Source of the DNA: Eledone cirrhosa
Taxonomy: Eukaryota
Direction of reading: 5' to 3'
Length of the DNA stretch: 64,000 nt
NCBI GenBank assembly: GCA_964016885.1
Contig: OZ024741.1
Coordinates: 121,086,001-121,150,000 of the forward strand
In this document: positions 13,284 to 26,332 of the stretch, piece by piece
Numbering within the stretch: position 1 is the stretch's first letter
How the letters are laid out: the number at the start of each line of letters is the position of its first letter
Translations under genes and position numbers: made by a program
The notes under the pieces: model-generated
Database searches by the model: none
Told to the model about the DNA's origin: nothing
Seen by the model: only the letters and a program-made list of their open reading frames with translations

Positions 13284-13511
13284 TATATATATATGTTTAT
13301 ATATACATATATATACATATCTACATCTACACACACACACACATACGTATATATATATATATATATATATGAAAAGAGTCAGGATCCCGACGGCTGAACT
13401 CCGGCCGTTTCGACAGCTAGATCCGACTCTATTACCCACTCTACTACCCTAAGTATTGAGTACTCTGGTGTCTTACCACACGCTCTTTGTTATATATATA
13501 TGTATATGAAA

Positions 13512-13790
13512 ACGCATGGCTTAGTGGGTAGAGCGTCGGGCTTACAATCATGAGGTTGTGAGTTAGATTCTCGGACTGAGCTTTGCGTTGTTTTCTTGAG
13601 CAAGACACTTTATTTCACGTTGCTCCAGTTTACTCAGCTGTAGAAAAGACTTGCGGCATCACTGGTGCCATGCTGTATCGCCCCTTGGATAATATTGGTG
13701 ACATGGAGAGGGGAGAATGGTATGCATGGGCGACTGCAAATTCTAGGTGTAAATGCCATGGTCATTCGTGGCCGAAGGGGGTTTTCAATA
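13512..13790 (+). mobile_element. tRNA-derived SINE, family B
   Basis: A-box TGGCTTAGTGG, B-box-like GAGTTAGATTC, core TTGAGCAAGACACTTTATTTCACGTTGCTCCAG. Confidence 0.75.
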
Positions 13791-13793
13791 GGG

Positions 13794-13832
<39 letters not shown>

Positions 13833-14248
13833 AGTTGATCATTGCTTCAAAATTCTTCTAAGTAAGTGGGACATAATTTGGATGGTAGATTTAATCCATT
13901 GCGGTAGACACCACCACATGGCATTTGGGTGATTTTAGCGGATTCCACCGCTTTGCAAATTTCCAGACCAGGTGTCTGGTTTAAACTATAATTTCCTCCT
14001 ATTAGACTCTTAAAAAGGTCATGTGTTAGTTACCCTTCTCCTCTCTGACAAGACATAAATAAATAAAGTAAACCATCATTGTCGATTTGCGTTTATGTTT
14101 TTGTTTTTGATTTCCAAATGAGAGAGAGAGAGAGAGAGAGAGAGAATGGGAGAAAGAGTGAGTGGGAGAGAGAGTGAGTGGGAGAGAGAGAGAGTGGGAG
14201 AGAGAGAGAGTGGGAGAGAGTGAATAAAGAGAGCGAGAGAGTGAGTGG

Positions 14249-14279
<31 letters not shown>

Positions 14280-15071
14280 AGAGCGAGAGAGAGCGAGAGA
14301 GAGAGTAAAAATTAGGAAATAGAAGGCTGTACTAAAACTGAGATAACTGGCTCAATGAAAAAGAGATGTCCAATTTTTTTTAAAATACCAAAAAATGTGT
14401 TTAAACTTTATATATTTATTTGCCATTTAAAAGGTGCGTATTTATTATTTTCAATTCTATACCTGTACACAATTTTTAGCTTTGTACAGGTTTTAACCGA
14501 AGCTTTGAGAAATATGTATGTTTATGAGTTTCGATCTTCGTTTTAAGATTTTCATCAGAAGCTATCAACATCTTTCACTATCCATGAAGAAATATATAAC
14601 TAAAGGCTTTAAATACCAATCAAATGCGACAGAATTGTAGAATTGGATCTGCTAATTTGCATAATTTTAATGTTTAATATATTATTTTCAACTGTTCCCT
14701 AAAAGTGTTCAAAACAGCTTTTCTAAAGAAAAAAAAAAAAAAAAGGTTTACATAGTTAATTGTGAAGAAAATGTTGCTGTACCACAGGATATAATTTTAC
14801 TGTAAATGTTAAAAGGGTGTTGTAGTTTGTTTGAAGCATTGTAGAAAATGTAGAAAATAATGTTTTTTGAGAGAACTACATCAATGCAGACTGGACATTA
14901 AATGTTTAAAATAAACGATAGCAAAGTTGTTGGAATGTTATCGTTTATTTTTAACATTTAATGACTCATTTTTATTGAAGATTCACTTAAGTTAAAAATA
15001 AAAAAAAAAAAAAAATTAAATTAAAACGAATCACCCCAGTAATCGCAAACAGTAATCTTGAAGAAATTCGT

Positions 15072-15362
15072 TCATGATTTGACATATCTTCCTTCTAGTT
15101 CGTCAAAGGTATTACTCTCAATAATGAAGAGGTTATTTTTCTGGCCGAATGCGACAGGGGAGTAATTTGTGCTGGATTTCATCACTGTTGAAACATCTGA
15201 TTGGTGATAATCATAATCGGATTTTAGCTTGTTATAGTTTTCAGCTTTGAATTGAAATGTCACTAAACACAAGAGGAAAGCTGGGACCATACAAAGAGCC
15301 ATCGCTGTCCAGACCAGAGCATAACACACTCCATATGAACGAATAGTAGCGTCTTTTATAAA
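15072..15362 (-). CDS. Claudin/PMP22-like tetraspan protein, exon 5 (terminal)
   Basis: Acceptor TTTTACAG at 15364/15363, phase 0. Encodes FIKDATIRSYGVCYALVWTAMALCMVPAFLLCLV (TM4, SYG..Y.L.W motif) through GRYVKS-stop. Confidence 0.85.
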   Translation of the reverse strand, partial: FIKDATIRSYGVCYALVWTAMALCMVPAFLLCLVTFQFKAENYNKLKSDYDYHQSDVSTVMKSSTNYSPVAFGQKNNLFIIESNTFDELEGRYVKS

Positions 15363-15371
15363 CTGTAAAAT

Positions 15372-15403
<32 letters not shown>

Positions 15404-15606
15404 AAAGCATTGTCTAAAGCATGGGTGTACGGTTAAGGAGTTCGTTTCGGAGCCGTAAGGTTTCGGGTTCAGTCACATTGCATGGTACTTTGAGAAAATG
15501 TGTAGAATTCACATACTCATTATCTCATTAAGCCACTCTGTGGTGCACTCATTCAATATATCTAGCCCATATTCCCTTTCTACCCAACTCAATTATTCAC
15601 GCTTTC

Positions 15607-16850
15607 ACTCACCCAATAACCCCTTCATTCTTCTCGCCTCTCTTACTCACCCAATAACCCCCTTCATTCTTCTCGCCTCTCTTACTCACCCAATAACCCC
15701 CTTCATTCTTCTCGCCTCTCTTACTCACCCAATAACCCCCTTCATTCTTCTCGCCTCTCTCACTCACCCAATAACCCCCTTCATTCTTCTCGCCTCTCTT
15801 ACTCACCCAATAATCCCCTTCATTCTTCTCGCCTCTCTCACTCACCCAATAACCCCCTTCATTCCTCTCGCCTCTCTTACTCACCCAATAATCCCCTTCA
15901 TTCTTCTCGCCTCTCTCACTCACCCAATAACCCCCTTCATTCCTCTCGCCTCTCTTACTCACCCAATAATCCCCTTCATTCTTCTCGCCTCTCTCACTCA
16001 CCCAATAACCCCCTTCATTCCTCTCGCCTCTCTTACTCACCCAATAATCCCCTTCATTCTTCTCGCCTCTCTCACTCACCCAATAACCCCCTTCATTCCT
16101 CTCGCCTATCTCACTCACCCAATAACCCCCTTCATTCTTCTCGCCTCTCTTACTCACCCAATAACCCCCTTCATTCTTCTCGCCTCTCTCACTCACCCAA
16201 TAACCCCCTTCATTCTTCTCGCCTCTCTTACTCACCCAATAACCCCCTTCATTCCTCTCGCCTCTCTCACTCACCCAATAACCCCCTTCATTCTTCTCGC
16301 CTCTCTCACTCACCCAATAACCCCCTTCATTCCTCTCGCCTCTCTTACTCACCCAATAATCCCCTTCATTCTTCTCGCCTCTCTCACTCACCCAATAACC
16401 CCCTTCATTCCTCTCGCCCTTCTCACTTACCCAATAATACCCTTCATTCTTCTCGCCTCTCTCACACTCAATAACCCCCTTCATTCCTCTCGCCTCTCTC
16501 ACTCACCCAATAACCCCCTTCATTCTTCTCGCCTCTCTCACTCACCCAATAACCCCCTTCATTCTTCTCGCCTCTCTTACTCACCCAATAACCCCCTTCA
16601 TTCCTCTCGCCTCTCTCACACTCAATAACCCCCTTCATTCCTCTCGCTCTTCTCACTCACCCAATAACCCCCTTCATTCTTCTCGCCTCTCTCACTCACC
16701 CAAATAACCCCCTTCATTCCTCTCGCTCTTCTCACTCACCCAATAACCCCCTTCATTCCTCTCGCCTCTCTCACACCCAATAATCCCCCTTCATTCACCT
16801 CGCCCTTCTCACTCACCCAATAATCCCCCTTTCATTTCTCTCGCCACTCT
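15607..16850. repeat. 39-bp minisatellite in intron 4, about 32 copies
   Basis: Unit CTCACCCAATAACCCCCTTCATTCTTCTCGCCTCTCTTA. Confidence 0.95.
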
Positions 16851-16894
16851 CACCGAATAATCCCTACTCTTCTCAATAAATCCTAACACTGTAG

Positions 16895-17200
16895 CCAATA
16901 AGCGTCGGACTCCCAATCATGAAGTCATAAGTTCGATTCCCATACTGGGCAGTGCGTTGTATCCTTGAGCAAGATACTTTATTTCATATTGCTCCAGTTC
17001 ATTTAGCTGGGACAAAATGAATTGTAACGTCACTAGTACGAAGATTTATTGGTTTTTGCTTTTCCATTGAGCACCATCGGTGGTGATGGGAGACTGGCAT
17101 GTATGGGCCACTGTTGGTCTTCCACAAAAAACCTTGCCTTAGAAAGGAGCTTTGCAGGTGCAAATCCCATGGTCATTCGAGACTGAATGAGAGGTCTTTC
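16895..17200 (+). mobile_element. SINE family B, diverged
   Basis: GTTCGATTCC box, TTGAGCAAGATACTTTATTTC core, TCCCATGGTCATTC tail. Confidence 0.65.
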
Positions 17201-17329
17201 CCCCATATATATATATATAAGCATCCGAAACTATAATGATCCCCAAAAGATAGCCGATGAGCGGGAATTGTCCGTGTGCTTGTCGCTTCCGAGTTTTCTG
17301 TTTCTCGTATATGTTCTACGTGTTTTTAA

Positions 17330-17367
<38 letters not shown>

Positions 17368-17663
17368 TTGCTCCAGTTCGCTCAGCTGGAAAAAATGAGT
17401 GTGACATCACTAGTATCAAGCTTTATCGTAAATGCAAGCGAAATGGGCTTGTTTCTTGGCGAGGAAGTGGAGAAACTTGTTTAAACTAAGGCGCAAATCT
17501 ATCGTCGGATATGACTGAATGAGGCATCTCCTCTTCCTCGTTCTCATCATACCTCCCTCATCTTCCTTCTTCACCCAATAAATCTTTCCTTTTGCTGCCT
17601 CAGCCAATCAACATCGACCCCCCCCCCCCCACACTTTATCAACAATGTACCCAACCAACTTAC

Positions 17664-17770
17664 CAATGGCCAATTCTTGTGGTAATGTATTTCCGCCTTG
17701 TCTGTGATAGTGTTGAATTCAATGAATTCCATAGCATGAAATGACGTTATTGACATGCAGATCATAAAGG
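17664..17770 (-). CDS. Claudin/PMP22-like protein, exon 4
   Basis: Acceptor CCCCCATTTTTAG, donor GTAAGT; 107 nt, phase 1 to 0; AFMICMSITSFHAMEFIEFNTITDKAEIHYHKNWPL. Confidence 0.85.
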
Positions 17771-18021
17771 CTAAAAATGGGGGAAAAGAATCGAAAGAAA
17801 TAAACGATTAATTTGATTGATCCATAAACGTTCGATTTCAAAATGAATATGATGATTGATAGATATTTCCGAAACATGGAAACAGATATATTGTTGGATA
17901 TTAAAATAAATGCTGTTGGTTGAAGCAATTAGCGTCTGGATTTAGGATGTAAGCTCGATTTGTGTCTCTGAGCAGGACACTTTATTTCACATTTCAACTC
18001 AACTGAAAAAAAAAATTAATT

Positions 18022-19869
18022 GTACTTGTAATACAAAGGACAGCTTTGTCTCACATTGTGTCACGTACTTGTAATACACAGGACAGCTTGGTCTCACATT
18101 GTGTCACGTACTTGTAATACACAGGACAGCTTGGTCTCACATTGTATCACGTACTTGTAATACAAAGGACATCTTTGTCTCTCATTGTGTCACGTACTTG
18201 TAATACAAAGGACAGCTTGGTCTCTCATTGTGTCACGTACTTGTAATACAAAGGACAGCTTGGTCTCTCATTGTATCACGTACTTGTGATACAAAGGACA
18301 ACTTGGTCTCTCATTGTATCACGTACTTGTAATACAAAGGACAGCTTTGTCTCACATTGTGTCACGTACTTGTAATACAAAGGACAGATTGGTCTCACAT
18401 TGTATCACATACTTGTAATACAAAGGACAGCTTGGTCTCACATTGTGTCACGTACTTGTAATACAAAGGACAGCTTTGTCTCATTGTGTCACGTACTTGT
18501 AATACAAAGGACAGCTTTGTCTCTCATTGTATCACGTACTTGTAATACAAAGGACAGCCTGGTCTCTCATTGTATCACGTACTTGTAATACAAAGGACAG
18601 CTTTGTCTCACATTGTGTCACGTACTTGTAATACAAAGGACAGCTTTGTCTCACATTGTGTCACATACTTGTAATACAAAGGACAGCTTTGTCTCACATT
18701 GTGTCACGTACTTGTAATACAAAGGACAGCTTTGTCTCTCATTGTGTCACGTACTTGTAATACAAAGGACAGCTTTGTCTCTCATTGTATCACGTACTTG
18801 TAATACAAAGGACAGCTTTGTCTCTCATTGTGTCACGTACTTGTAATACAAAGGACAGCTTTGTCTCTCATTGTATCACGTACTTGTAATACAAAGGACA
18901 GCTTTGTCTCACATTGTGTCACGTACTTGTAATACAAAGGACAGCTTTGTCTCACATTGTGTCACATACTTGTAATACAAAGGACAGCTTTGTCTCACAT
19001 TGTATCACGTACTTGTAATACAAAGGACAGCTTTGTCTCACATTGTGTCACATACTTGTAATACAAAGGACAGCTTTGTCTCACATTGTGTCACATACTT
19101 GTAATACAAAGGACAGCTTTGTCTCACATTGTGTCACATACTTGTAATACAAAGGACAGCTTTGTCTCACATTGTGTCACGTACTTGTAATACAAAGGAC
19201 AGCTTTGTCTCACATTGTGTCACATACTTGTAATACAAAGGACAGCTTTGTCTCACATTGTGTCACATACTTGTAATACAAAGGACAGCTTTGTCTCACA
19301 TTGTGTCACATACTTGTAATACAAAGGACAGCTTTGTCTCACATTGTGTCACGTACTTGTAATACAAAGGACAGCTTTGTCTCACATTGTGTCACGTACT
19401 TGTAATACAAAGGACAGCTTTGTCTCACATTGTGTCACATACTTGTAATACAAAGGACAGCTTTGTCTCACATTGTGTCACGTACTTGTAATACAAAGGA
19501 CAGCTTTGTCTCACATTGTGTCACATACTTGTAATACAAAGGACAGCTTTGTCTCACATTGTGTCACGTACTTGTAATACAAAGGACAGCTTTGTCTCAC
19601 ATTGTGTCACGTACTTGTAATACAAAGGACAGCTTTGTCTCACATTGTGTCACATACTTGTAATACAAAGGACAGCTTTGTCTCACATTGTGTCACGTAC
19701 TTGTAATACAAAGGACAGCTTTGTCTCACATTGTGTCACGTACTTGTAATACAAAGGACAGCTTTGTCTCACATTGTGTCACGTACTTGTAATACAAAGG
19801 ACAGCTTTGTCTCACATTGTGTCACGTACTTGTAATACAAAGGACAGCTTTGTCTCACATTGTGTCACG
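18022..19869. repeat. 43-bp minisatellite in intron 3, about 43 copies, amplified from a SINE body
   Basis: Unit GTACTTGTAATACAAAGGACAGCTTTGTCTCACATTGTGTCAC; the flanks (17930-18021 and 19869 onward) continue as SINE sequence. Confidence 0.95.
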
Positions 19870-20208
19870 CTGAATTACAGTGAGACACTAGTCGATGGTT
19901 CGATATCCATCACCAAAGCTTCACTGTATACCTTTGTCTCAGGTAGATGTTCCTCTACCTAACTGTTATCGGACTTTTACAGGATGAAGCCTCGGCAATT
20001 ATGCTGGCTTTTTAGGCTTTCCTGTTCACCATGGTTAAATTGTTCCGGATCTCTGTACTGCCTTTCATCCTTTCGGAGTTGATAAATAAAATTCTAATCT
20101 AGGCAGTGTTGGATTTACCTATAAACTAAATAAGCTATAGCTTAGGCCCACACACTCTCGGGGACCTCATTTTATGAAATATATTTATCATTAGTTTTTA
20201 TTCTTTAA

Positions 20209-20406
20209 CCTTTTAGCATTTACATTATTCTATATTTACTATTGCATTTTCACGGTAAAGGCTTTATTTCACATAATATCGAATCTATGAGATTTTGATA
20301 TTATTCATTTTGAGAACAATACCTTACCATCAGTATGAGTGGCCGGTTACAACCAGTTTGAACAGAAAGAGGTGAGAGAATTCTGGCTGGATTAAATGCT
20401 AAAGGG
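20209..20406. mobile_element. piggyBac-like MITE
   Basis: TTAA|CCTTTTAGCATTT ... AAATGCTAAAGGG|TTAA. Confidence 0.65.
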
Positions 20407-20565
20407 TTAAACACTTGTTGTCTTTTCCGATACGACAGAGGTCCAATAACATTACATATTTAGAGAGCAGACGCCCCCCCCCCTCCTGATCGGAGACATA
20501 ACCAGAGATCTGACCAGGATGTAGTTGGGAAGGGAGGAAATGAAAAAAAACTTGTTTAAACTTAC

Positions 20566-20703
20566 CAGTAAATACAATGGATATACAAGCAAATATGCCA
20601 ATACAGTGGTGTTCATATTTCCACACACAAACTTCGACGATGAACGCTATCGAAGCGAACACCAGCGCAATGATCAGGGTAGACAGGCGGGCTCGTTTCA
20701 GTT
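20566..20703 (-). CDS. Claudin/PMP22-like protein, exon 3 (TM2 and TM3)
   Basis: Acceptor TGAACAG, donor GTAAGT; 138 nt, phase 1 to 1; [46 protein letters not shown]. Confidence 0.85.
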
Positions 20704-20729
20704 CTGTTCAGTTTGGTAATTCACACGTA

Positions 20730-20782
<53 letters not shown>

Positions 20783-21467
20783 ATGTATGCGTATGTGTAT
20801 ATACATACATATATATATATATATTTATTTATGTATGTACATGTGTATGTGATGTGTGTGCATATATATGTATATATATATATATATACATGTATATATA
20901 TATTTATATAAGTATGTGTGTACGTGTGTGTTGGTATATATATATATACATATGCATGTATATACATATGTATGTATTTATATATTTATATATGTATATG
21001 TATGTATATTGTGTATGTGTGTGTATTGTATTTGAAAATAGTTAAAAGAAGAAAAGAAAGAAAGAAAGAATCAGAAATTATTTAATTTCAAACAATTCGT
21101 TGCTAAATATTTTTTTTCTTTTTCTTCCCTTTCTTTCCTCTTTTCATTATGAAGTTTAAATTAATCCAATAAAAAATCTGGTAATATCGTCTTGAAAGAA
21201 AGTATAATTAAAAAACATAAAGAATTAAAAATATATAAAGAATTTATGTAAATATTATGTATAATGCATAATATTTATGTAAATATGAATTAAACAACAA
21301 AAACAAATACACAAAAACAATCAAAAGAAGCTACACAAGATATTACTAGTAAATTAACGGTCTTTTATTTGAATGCTTCAGTGTATATGAAAAGGCGGCG
21401 AAGTGGTAGTATTATTATAACAGAAAGTTCCTTTCATCCATTCTTCTATATATAAATTCTTCTTTAA

Positions 21468-21888
21468 ATAATTGTTTCTACTTTTTGGCACAAGGCCAGC
21501 AATTACCCAGTACATTACTGGTACTTTATTTTATCGACCCCGTAAGGATGAAAGGCAAAGTCAACCTCGGCGGGATTTGAACTCAGATCGTAAAGGGACG
21601 TAACTATGCTGGAAAGCATGGCGTCCGACCCTCTACCGATACTGCCAATCCATTTAAATAATGGTTTTAGTATGAAAATGTACATACAAACAAATATAGA
21701 CAATACTTAATTACATTTCAAATGCGTAAATAACATTACAAATTGCTCACAATTCTTTCAGAAGAACATTACAAATATAATTGTTTCTACTTTTGATGTA
21801 AGGCCAGCAATTACCCCAGTGCATTACTGGTACTTTATTCTATCGACCCCGTAAGGATGAAAGGCAAAGTTAACCTTGGCGGGATTTG
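21468..21888 (-). mobile_element. Two SINE family A copies (21468-21652 and partial 21778-21888)
   Basis: Reverse complement of family A. Confidence 0.75.
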
Positions 21889-22608
21889 ATAAACACAAAT
21901 ATAAACGCATAAAAGAGAGAAAAAAAAGAAGAATAACACGGGGTTGGGGGAAGAAAAAACAAAAAAATGTCCATCAATTCACCACCAAGTGCGACAATCG
22001 GCCACACTACACATCTTAAGGGTTAACTAAACACTTTGAGGCAAGCCAATACGCTCGCAGCATTGCCATGGGTGGTAGAATCGTTTGAACGTCGAATAGA
22101 ATCCTGCCGAGGTCAACTTTGTCTTTCATCCTTTCGAGGTCAATAATGTAGTTCGATATATGATCTGTCTCTGATTATCATGGGTGAGAACACTATGGTG
22201 GCTAGATCATTAAACCATTTATATAAATTATTAGGCCCATAGGTAAACAGTGCTGGGCAGGGGCGCAATTTCACTGCTTGTCATATGCGCTATTTTCCCT
22301 AGTTATGCCCATGATCTGATGCCAGTTCTTCGTAAAAAAAATCTCTTTCTCAAGTGTAGAGGTTGGTCAGGCCGGAGCTTAAACCCAGTTTCATTGATGC
22401 TAAGCAACTGAAAGTAAACGACTCTCTCTTGAAGGGGGCGCAAGTCTGTTGCAGGGTTAACTTCCCAGCATGTAGACGGGAGCAACGTTAAATGAAGTGC
22501 CTTGTTCAACGATATAACGCATCGTCCGGTCCAGAAATCAAACCCATGGCCTTATGATCGTGAGATCATAAGAAAAAGAAGAAGAAGAACTAATGTTGGG
22601 TTACTTAC

Positions 22609-22719
22609 GTAAATGTTGCCAGAATTCTAAAGTTAACGGTTTCTCCTGTCTCACCTCTGGAACCGTGTACTGTACCTTGAAGCAGTCCTCATTGTCACCT
22701 TTACTAGATTTTCTTAAAA
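22609..22719 (-). CDS. Claudin/PMP22-like protein, exon 2 (not in the ORF track)
   Basis: Acceptor TCTTTGTCTGTTTAG, donor GTAAGT; 111 nt, phase 1 to 1; FLRKSSKGDNEDCFKVQYTVPEVRQEKPLTLEFWQHL supplies the second loop-1 Cys. Confidence 0.8.
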
Positions 22720-23181
22720 CTAAACAGACAAAGAAATGAATAAATCGATTTGACATTACAAATTGTGTCTTTTGGACTATGTGGGCGTATCAAATATTTT
22801 AAAGAATGTTTGATTATATATACACATTTGGGGTGAAAAATCGAGTTTAGTAGTGTCTTGTGTGTGTATGTAGTGAATAACAATAGTAGCCTGAACCAGT
22901 CGATAAACGGTTGTTACGTCCCAACCCCACCGTTCGTACGTTCTGCCTCTCCGATGAGAAACCCCCCGGAGATATACCAGCGCACAGTCCCTGCAGATAG
23001 AATAGAGGCATTACCCAAGGGATATACCACTTCACGATCCCAACAGAGAGAATAGAGACAGCGTTACCCTGGAGAATAGCAAGGGCGAAGCATTGAAACA
23101 GCTCATCCAACTCGTGGTCGTGGGGCTCACTTTCAGATAATAAAGGCTGAACCTGTTAAAGGCGGTGACTTCAAACCAAAT

Positions 23182-23500
23182 CACTACCAGATAACAGCCA
23201 GACAACTGTTACACTACTACCAGACTTCTACCAGACTACTGCCAGACTACTGCCTGACCACTTCTAGACCATAGAAGAACGCTGCCGGACCACTACCAGA
23301 CTACTGCGAGACCATTGCCCAACTACTGCCAGACAACTGCCAGAATACTGCCAGACAACTGCCAGACAACTGCCAGAATACTGCCAGACCACCACCAGAT
23401 TACTGCCAGACCACTGCCAGACTATTGTCAGACCACAACCAGACGACTACCAGATTACTGCCAGACTACTACCAGATCACTGCCAGAGCACTGCCAGACT
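23182..23500. repeat. Degenerate 11-bp tandem repeat (GCCAGACTACT)
   Basis: The 11-nt periodicity is visible. Confidence 0.85.
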
Positions 23501-23720
23501 ATATATATATAATTTAAAGAAAGGTGGGCGAAAACAACGAGAAAACGGACACAACAAAGGATAGTCCCTTCTCATCAATCGACCTCTGGAGATCCTTCTG
23601 ATTTCAGTTGTCGACTGATGGGAAGGGACTGTCCTGTGTTTCGTCCGTTTTTCCGTTGTCTTCGTCCAGGTTTTTAAAAATTAATTCCCTCACGGGACAT
23701 TCTTTAAAATTGAAATGTTT

Positions 23721-23757
<37 letters not shown>

Positions 23758-23863
23758 CAAATGAATATATGGGGGATGAACACCGATACAAGTATACATG
23801 TGTTCGAATTGCAAATGACCAAGTTAGCCAGGTTGAACACATATTTATCAGTCTTCTTAAGTA

Positions 23864-24225
23864 TTTTGAAGTGAAAGATACGAATTTTCCTGGATACCCG
23901 CAGAAGAGCACAGGGGTAGTGACTTTCACTTAATAATTGTTGCGAAATAAATTTAGAATTTGTCCGGGTATCACGGCCATTGCCAATATAGGTTTGTTAT
24001 TTTTATTGATTTATTATTTTAAATCGAGACAGGCAAACCATATGATGTTAAATTAGTATTTTTCAACCTGGCTAACTTGGTCATTTGCAATTCGAACACA
24101 GGTATACTTGTATCGGTGTTCATTCCTCATATATTCATTTGTATTACACGGCTCGGAAATATTCCCTTCTTTGAGCTATTTAATTTTAAAAGACTATTTC
24201 GAGCTTATAACGCAATATATGATAT
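23864..24225. repeat. 362-bp direct repeat, copy 1 (copy 2 at 25848-26209)
   Basis: Near-identical sequence at offset 1984; in addition, 23755-23837 is inverted relative to 24062-24144. Confidence 0.9.
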
Positions 24226-25548
24226 TCTCGGCTCCAGCTGCTGTGATCAGCATATCGAGTTCCTTGAAGACATTACCCGGATCACTGACAGCGGCTCTTG
24301 GGTGGATGTTGTTTACCTTGACTTCGCTAAGGCTTTTAATTCTGTGCCACACAAAAGACTTATGGCGAAACTCTCTGCTATGGGTGTGAGGGATGATATT
24401 TTTAACTGGTTGAAATCCTTCATTCTCAGCCGAAAAGAGGTAGTCACGATTCTAGGACAGCATTCTTCACCATATGAGATGTCATCTGGTGTACCACAGG
24501 GATCTATTCTTGGTCCCCTTTTGTTTGTAGCATATAATAATGACGTAGATGCCAACTTAAAGAATGCCACGGTACTGAAATATGCAGATGACATCAAGCT
24601 GTACTTTGAAATCAAAAGAACTGATCCTGAAATCTACAACTCTTTCCTACAATCAGACCTGGACACAATGCAGCAATGGATCACAGACTGGCAACTGAAG
24701 CTGGCTGTGGACAAGTGTACCACCATGCATTTTGGAAGGAAAAATCCAGCGTCCACATACTCCCTCCACAACACTGATATCAAGAAGTCCTCTTGTGAAC
24801 GTGACCTGGGCATTACTGTCAGCAGCGATTTGCGTTGGACAAAGCAAGTCTCTAAGATTGTCAAGAAGGCCGAGGGTGTCTTGGCATCACTCAGCAAGAC
24901 CTTTGTTAGTCGCTCTCCAGCCATCTATTTAAAGCTGTATACAGCTATGGTTCGACCACACTTGGAATTCGCATCATCAGTCTGGAACCCCTATCTTGCT
25001 CAGAACATTGACCTCCTGGAAACTGTTCAGAGACGTGTAACCAAGCGCATACCCTCCATCAGACACCTATCATACTCTGAGCGCGTTGCTTCCCTGGGCA
25101 TGGATTCATTGAAGCTCCGACGTCTGGCAATGGACTTGGTAAACACCCACAAAGTTATTAACCGTCTCGCCAACAACAACCCTGAGCACCTTTTTGATCT
25201 CCATGTGTCTAACACACGTGGACATGCCTACAAAGTCAGAAAACAGCACAGCTCCCATGACTTTCGGAAACATATTTTCACGCTTAGAGTTGCTGAAGCA
25301 TGGAACAAACTGCCTGCGTCAGTTGTTAGCTGCCGAGACACTGCATCCTTTAAAACCCTCATGCTTCCCGAAATTCACCAAAACTACACCTGATGTCCCC
25401 CTTCCATACACATGCACACATGTGTATATCATGACTCATGCACTGTTCATTTTCCTGACGTTTGTACATTACCCTATGTACTATACATACACTTTTGATG
25501 AGTTGTAGTGCACCTGAGCACTGTACACAATATTTTCATTATTATTAT
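24226..25548 (+). mobile_element. 5'-truncated CR1-clade LINE with an uninterrupted partial RT ORF (stop at 25393)
   Basis: VDVVYLDFAKAF, SGVPQGSILGPLLF, YADD, RPHLEFASSVWNPY, LETVQRR; 3' UTR ending in (ATT)n. Confidence 0.9.
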
Positions 25549-25560
25549 ACGTAGAGCTAA

Positions 25561-25753
25561 GGGCGGTGGATTGGCAGTATCGGTAGAGGGTCGGACGCCA
25601 TGCTTTCCAGCATAGTTACGTCCCTTTACGATCTGAGTTCAACTCCCGCCGAGGTTGACTTTGCCTTTCATCCTTACGGGGTCGATAAAATAAAGTACCA
25701 GTAATGCACTGGGTAATTGCTGGCCTTGTGCCTAAAGTAGAAACAATTATTAT
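25561..25753 (+). mobile_element. Full-length SINE family A with TSD
   Basis: ACGTAGAGCTAA is duplicated on both sides; it sits at the CR1 tail. Confidence 0.85.
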
Positions 25754-26205
25754 ACGTAGAGCTAATTTTAGTCCCATAAAACCGGCTGCTATTTTTAGTG
25801 GCACGAGTATGAGACGAGTTAGGCGCTGTGACACATATTTCTCAGTCTTTTGAAGTGAAAGATGCGAATTTTCCTGGATACCCGCAGAAGAGCACAGGGG
25901 TAGTGACTTTCACTTAATAATTGTTGCGAAATAAATTTAGAATTTGTCCGGGTATCACGGCCAATGCCAATATAGGTTTGTTATTTTTATTGATTTATTA
26001 TTTTAAATCGAGACAGGCAAACCATATGATGTTAAATTAGTATTTTTCAACCTGGCTAACTTGGTCATTTGCAATTCGAACACAGGTATACTTGTATCGG
26101 TGTTCATTCCTCATATATTCATTTGTATTACACGGCTCGGAAATATTCCCTTCTTTGAGCTATTTAATTGTAAAAGACTATTTCGAGTTTATAACTCAAT
26201 ATATG

Positions 26206-26237
<32 letters not shown>

Positions 26238-26248
26238 GTATATATATG

Positions 26249-26325
<77 letters not shown>

Positions 26326-26332
<7 letters not shown>

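Noticed and set aside
13512-13590. tRNA gene calls at SINE heads (also 33617, 46716, 62410)
   Set aside because: A/B boxes continue into SINE bodies, with no complete cloverleaf.
15498-16656. 13-aa repeat ORFs on both strands
   Set aside because: Translation of the 39-bp intronic minisatellite; no splice or start support.
24077-24225. N-terminal part of the 438-aa RT ORF
   Set aside because: Non-ATG start inside the 362-bp repeat; chance in-frame fusion to the truncated CR1.
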